Positions 59,136-64,000 of a DNA stretch of 64,000 bases are shown one piece after another. The first letter of the stretch is position 1; every line of letters starts with the position of its first letter. The DNA lies in the NCBI RefSeq assembly GCF_009914755.1, contig NC_060937.1; one strand, given 5' to 3'. The notes under the pieces are model-generated. The model was not told the origin of the DNA, ran no database searches, and was given only the letters and a program-made list of their open reading frames with translations. Source of the stretch: the human T2T-CHM13v2.0 reference genome, Homo sapiens. Position numbers and translations under genes: made by a program.

Positions 59136-60990
59136 ATGATCTGAATGATGTCTTACCCATTTGAATATTTTATTAATCTATGTTTCATACCTGTAGAAAT
59201 TCACAAGTGATAGAAAAGCTCTTGCTTTCAAAACCCTAATACACAGTTTCCTTCTTGAGTGAAATTCATCATTGCTCATAGGGCAGACGAGTGCCATCTC
59301 AAAATGTGACCGGAATAATATGCCTGATTCAACAAATGGTAAATTGCGCCTGACCAGGAGTTTTCCTAATTTGACTTGAGAGATCAACCAAGCAGGAGTG
59401 AGCCGGTTCAAACACCTCAGTACAATGCTAATGATTTTTTCATGTTGAATTAATAGGATTGAAATGTTTGTGATTTCAGCAGCTGTTGGGAACAGTGGGA
59501 GAGCTTTCACCAATACACTGACAGCCTTGTGCCACTCACATGGCTGTGTTTAGATAAAACAGGAATGTTAACAGTCTGTCTAGAGCATGCTCATCTTAAA
59601 TTAATAATAATTATTTCCACCAAAGGCAGCTATCGAATATCTCCCCCATTCCATGGAGAATTTGTATATTTTTTTTAATGTGTGCATGAAAGAGTAATTT
59701 GTTGTGCACATAAAATAAAATTTATGTTTTGAAGCAGGTGAGTGGCTAGTGTTTAGCTGTCGGATTAATTATCACAGCAAGATATGATTAGAATTTGCCA
59801 ACAAGGAGAACATTTTTACTTTGCTCAAGCACATTATTCCCCCTTAGATCCTTTCTCTGGCTCCCTATCGCCACCTGTTTAAAATTTAAATGTTTCCCCA
59901 ACATGTGTATTGAGTTTTTCTCCTCTCAGAAATACTACTACCAACATTCATTTCAGCCCACTTCCCCCCATAGACATATTCATTTAAGTCATTTTTTAAT
60001 TTCACTCTCTCTCCATTCACTTGGCATTACCTGTATGTTGCCATATACTTTTCACTTATCTATTTTTTGATAACATTAGATTGCAAACAATGTAATGAGA
60101 ATGCTTCCTTTCAGTGCCTTTTACTTACACCATCTAAAAACAATGCTATGTTAATAAAAAGAATAAAAAGAATCTTCAGCTCTGAAAGTGTGTTTTAACT
60201 GAGATTAACTTTAGGAATAATACTTGATTTGTAAAAGCAATTATAAAAACTCTCTCAATATTTCTTTCATTTCAAATTAAATATTTTTAATGTATGTAAA
60301 TATCTGAAACAATCATGAATAAAGATGCCAGATAAATACAATTCCTGATCAAATTGTATGTCCTTTTCCTGAAAACAGTGAATTATTCAAGGCAGATAAC
60401 CAGACAGAGAACTACAATAAAGAGAGAAAGAAAGAAAGCAAGAATCAAAAGAGAATAAGTCATTAATAGTAAAATAGCTCTGAAAAAGTAAGTAAAAAGA
60501 TCAGTTGACAGCCTTAAATACTTTGAGAAAAGTGAAAATAAGTATATACAATTTGATTTGTATAAAACAGATTTACAGTCTTTTTCCTAAAAGTTAACAT
60601 GTCATCTATTACACTTTTGATAGGAAATTTGAAATCAAACTTCTTCAAGAATAAGTAGTAATAAATATTTTCACTACTGAAAGTCAAATGTGCAGAACCA
60701 GAACAAGATTAAATTTTTTTTCATTATGTAGGTGAAAAAGAAATTAATATTTTGGAGAATCAATATTAGAAATAGTAAGTATAATAATGTTTGGTACTTT
60801 TAATGTAACAATTGTGTGAGACTACTAAATGTGAATACCCCTATCCCCCAACTTTCGTGATTTGTGAGATTTCTTGCTATTTTTTCCTAAATATCAGTGT
60901 AAGCATATCATTTTAAACATTTTATTCAAAAAAACTGTATCTATAATGGAATAAGATACGACTAAGTCTGTTAAATATGTGACATGACCT

Positions 60991-61337
<347 letters not shown>

Positions 61338-62725
61338 TCATCAAAATATTTTAATTGTGACCAATGTGAATATTTTGTTCAAACTCCAGACCAGAAACAG
61401 ATAAAGGATCCGTTTAAGTGTTAAATACACTCAGGAGAGCATAGATTATACATGAAATGCAACTTCTGCAAAATAAATTAAGAATATACTTATTAGGTGG
61501 TGCTTTTTTCTTCCAAAAATGTGTGTATTAATATACAGGCATACATATATGCATATACATGTATGTTTATATATAATCAAAAAAACATAATCAAAAAATA
61601 AAATATTCTCAATGTATATTTTTTCAGATATTTATCTAAGATTAATACACACACATACACAGACATAAATTCACTGAAGCACACATATGTATATATAATC
61701 TCCACATTATTATGGAAGCCTTAAAATTTCTGTTTCATAAAAATATGACAATAATTTATTAATTGTGGTGTCTAACCTCTAAAACTGCACTGTCAGACCT
61801 TGTTCGTTATGTAGTAATTAGAAAGAGACCATTAGCATCAATTTTGTGAACTTTTCAATGTAGTTCAGGATATAGTGTGGTATAGCCAATTAAAACAAAA
61901 ACATTTAAGGAAGTAAGGAAATCATTAAAGCCAATTCATTAGACCTTCATATTTTGGGTTCAGTAATACTGAACATGCACATTCAAGCAGAAAAACTTGA
62001 ATTGCTGATATATCTCGAAGCATATTGTAAATTTAAGAGGTAGGAAACCTTAGCTTAGATTGCTGCTTTTACTTTGGCAAGACTATGGAAGTGATTTAAA
62101 CTACTGTTAGGAATATCAAAAACCAAAATCAATAGCAATAGTTGAATATAAAATGGATGCTTCTAGAATTGTCTGTTTTGTTATTGTTGAGATAACTTTA
62201 ATGAGATAAATTTTATTTCATGTGTACCTTTGCTGTTTTATGCATTTGTCAAAAGTCTGATTCATTCTTGAAGCAAATGAGTGTACAGTAGTTAAACCAC
62301 ACCAAATCAAAAAGGAAGGTTTAGGAATTTTTCCTACTCTGAAACACTCAGAATATTTAAGTATGTATAATTCCTTAGAAGTGGTCATGTATTTTCAAAT
62401 GCAGGTGTACCTTTGCTTTGATTTCATTATTTTCTATAGCTATACTTTAAATAATTTTAGCCACTGTGTCGCTACTTGATCACATGAGGATGTAGTGTGT
62501 CAGCAAAGCAGACTCCATGTGCAGCTCATTGAAACTTGCTCTTGAGAGCTTAGGAAAGAGAACTAATAGTATAAATTGTGCAATTATTTGTGAAATCCTG
62601 GGCCTCTGTTTATAATCATCGTTATCACAGCATAATATTGCTTAAGGATACACACACAAACACAGATACATAAAACATTCAGCTATATACTTGACTTTTA
62701 AGAGCACAAAGAGCTTCAACTTCTC

Positions 62726-63093
62726 TAATGTGGTTTGGCTCTGTGTCCCCACCCAAATCTCACCTTGAATTGTTAATAATCCCCTTGTGTCAAGGGCAGG
62801 ACTAGGTGGAGATAAGTGAATCATGGGGGAAGTCCCCCACCCCATGCTGTTCTCATGATAATGAGTAAGTACTCAAGAGATCTGATGTGGTTTTATAAGG
62901 GGCTTCCCCCTTCATTCATTTTTCTTCTTCCTGCCATTATGTGAAGAAGGACATGTTAGCTTCCCCTTCTGCCATGATTATAAGTTTCCTGAGGCCTCCC
63001 CAGCCATGTGGAACTGTGAGTCAAACTTCTTTCCTTTAGAAATTACCCAGTTTCGGCCAGTTCTTTATAGCAGCATAAGAACAGACTAATACA
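62726..63093 (+). mobile_element. THE1D-like MaLR solo LTR
   Basis: TGGTTTGGCTCTGTGTCCCCACCCAAATCTCACCTTGAATTG...CAGACTAATACA, with a 5-bp TSD TTCTC at 62721-62725 and 63094-63098. Confidence 0.92.
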
Positions 63094-63299
63094 TTCTCAA
63101 AATTCTATATCAACAAATCAGATGATGTGGGTGCAGGGAGCACTCTAGCAACCTCTGCCATATACAACAGTGACTTTACCTGTTTAAAATTCTGCAAGCA
63201 TTTTAGACAATCATCAGCTATGAGGATATAAAAATCAAAATCCATCTGCACCCTCTTGCACCCACCGCAGGAGGAATAACAACAAATACTACATCATAA

Positions 63300-63495
63300 T
63301 CGACAATCATTTATGAAATGCTTAACATGTGCCAGGCAATTATCTTCTTTTCCTCAGAGTAACTCTATGACCTAAGCACTACAACCTGAATTTGCACAGG
63401 AGAAAACTGGTTTAGAGTCCAAGGGACATAATTGTATTAAGAATTCAGTTCTGGAATTCAGTTTAATTCCAAAATTAGTTATCTTAACTGCCATA
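63300..63495 (-). mobile_element. MIR fragment
   Basis: CATTTATGAAATGCTTAACATGTGCCAGGCA...AACTCTATGA...CACAGGAGAAAACTG resembles antisense MIR. Confidence 0.6.
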
Positions 63496-63790
63496 GAAAA
63501 TTTTCTTTCCCATTCCTACCAGCTCGAGACCAGAATTTAGAAAAAGTCTCTAACATATTTTAAAGCAAAAATGTTCAATGCCTAAATTTAGGAATGAATG
63601 CCTATACTAGAAGATGGATGCCTACCCCTTACTAGTTATATACCTCTAGGTTCCAACACAACCCTCTAGTTTAAGCTCTCCTTTAGGAATAGGATGAACT
63701 GGTGACAGAATTCAGACAGTACTAAGACAAAATCACAGAGACTTGACACTGCTCCATCCCTTGCACCCTAACTCCAGATTATACTTTAAA

Positions 63791-63889
63791 TATTCCACAA
63801 TGTATATACATACTTTCAAACATCATGGTGTATATGATAAATGCATATAATTTTGATCTGTCCATTTAAAAATATTTAAAAGAAAAAAA
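63791..63889 (+). mobile_element. Short L1MA 3' terminal fragment
   Basis: ATTCCACAATGTATATACATACTTTCAAACATCATGGTGTATATGATAAATGCATATAATTTT followed by an A-rich tail. Confidence 0.65.
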
Positions 63890-64000
63890 TGAAGTAAAAA
63901 TGCTCTAAAAGAATAAAGGATCATGAATAAGCACAAAAACTGTTTAGGTATAGTGAGAAAGGTTTATTTCAATCTCTCTCTCACACACACACGTGCATGT

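Overview
This is AT-rich, CpG-poor primate (hominid, most likely human) non-coding DNA, either intergenic or deep intronic. I could not support any host protein-coding exon or RNA gene. A large part of it is recognisable transposable-element sequence. The main feature is a full-length (~6.0 kb) L1PA2-type LINE-1 (51405-57428, + strand) with a perfect 15-bp target-site duplication (TSD). Its ORF1 and ORF2 are inactivated, but it keeps an intact 5' UTR promoter and an intact antisense ORF0. The window also holds 15 Alus (AluJ, AluS, AluY and one very young AluYa4/Ya5-like copy), MaLR/ERVL LTRs (THE1D-like x2, MLT1B/C/D-like, MST-like, MER77-like), DNA-transposon relics (MER20 split by an L1MB insertion, Tigger2a, MER53-like, a rearranged MADE1), old L1M/L2/MIR fragments and microsatellites. 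Several unique stretches look like possible conserved non-coding or enhancer elements, but this cannot be confirmed without alignments. All subfamily calls come from remembered consensus sequences and boundaries of old repeats are approximate. I found no credible previously undescribed biological system; the findings are local curiosities and testable hypotheses.
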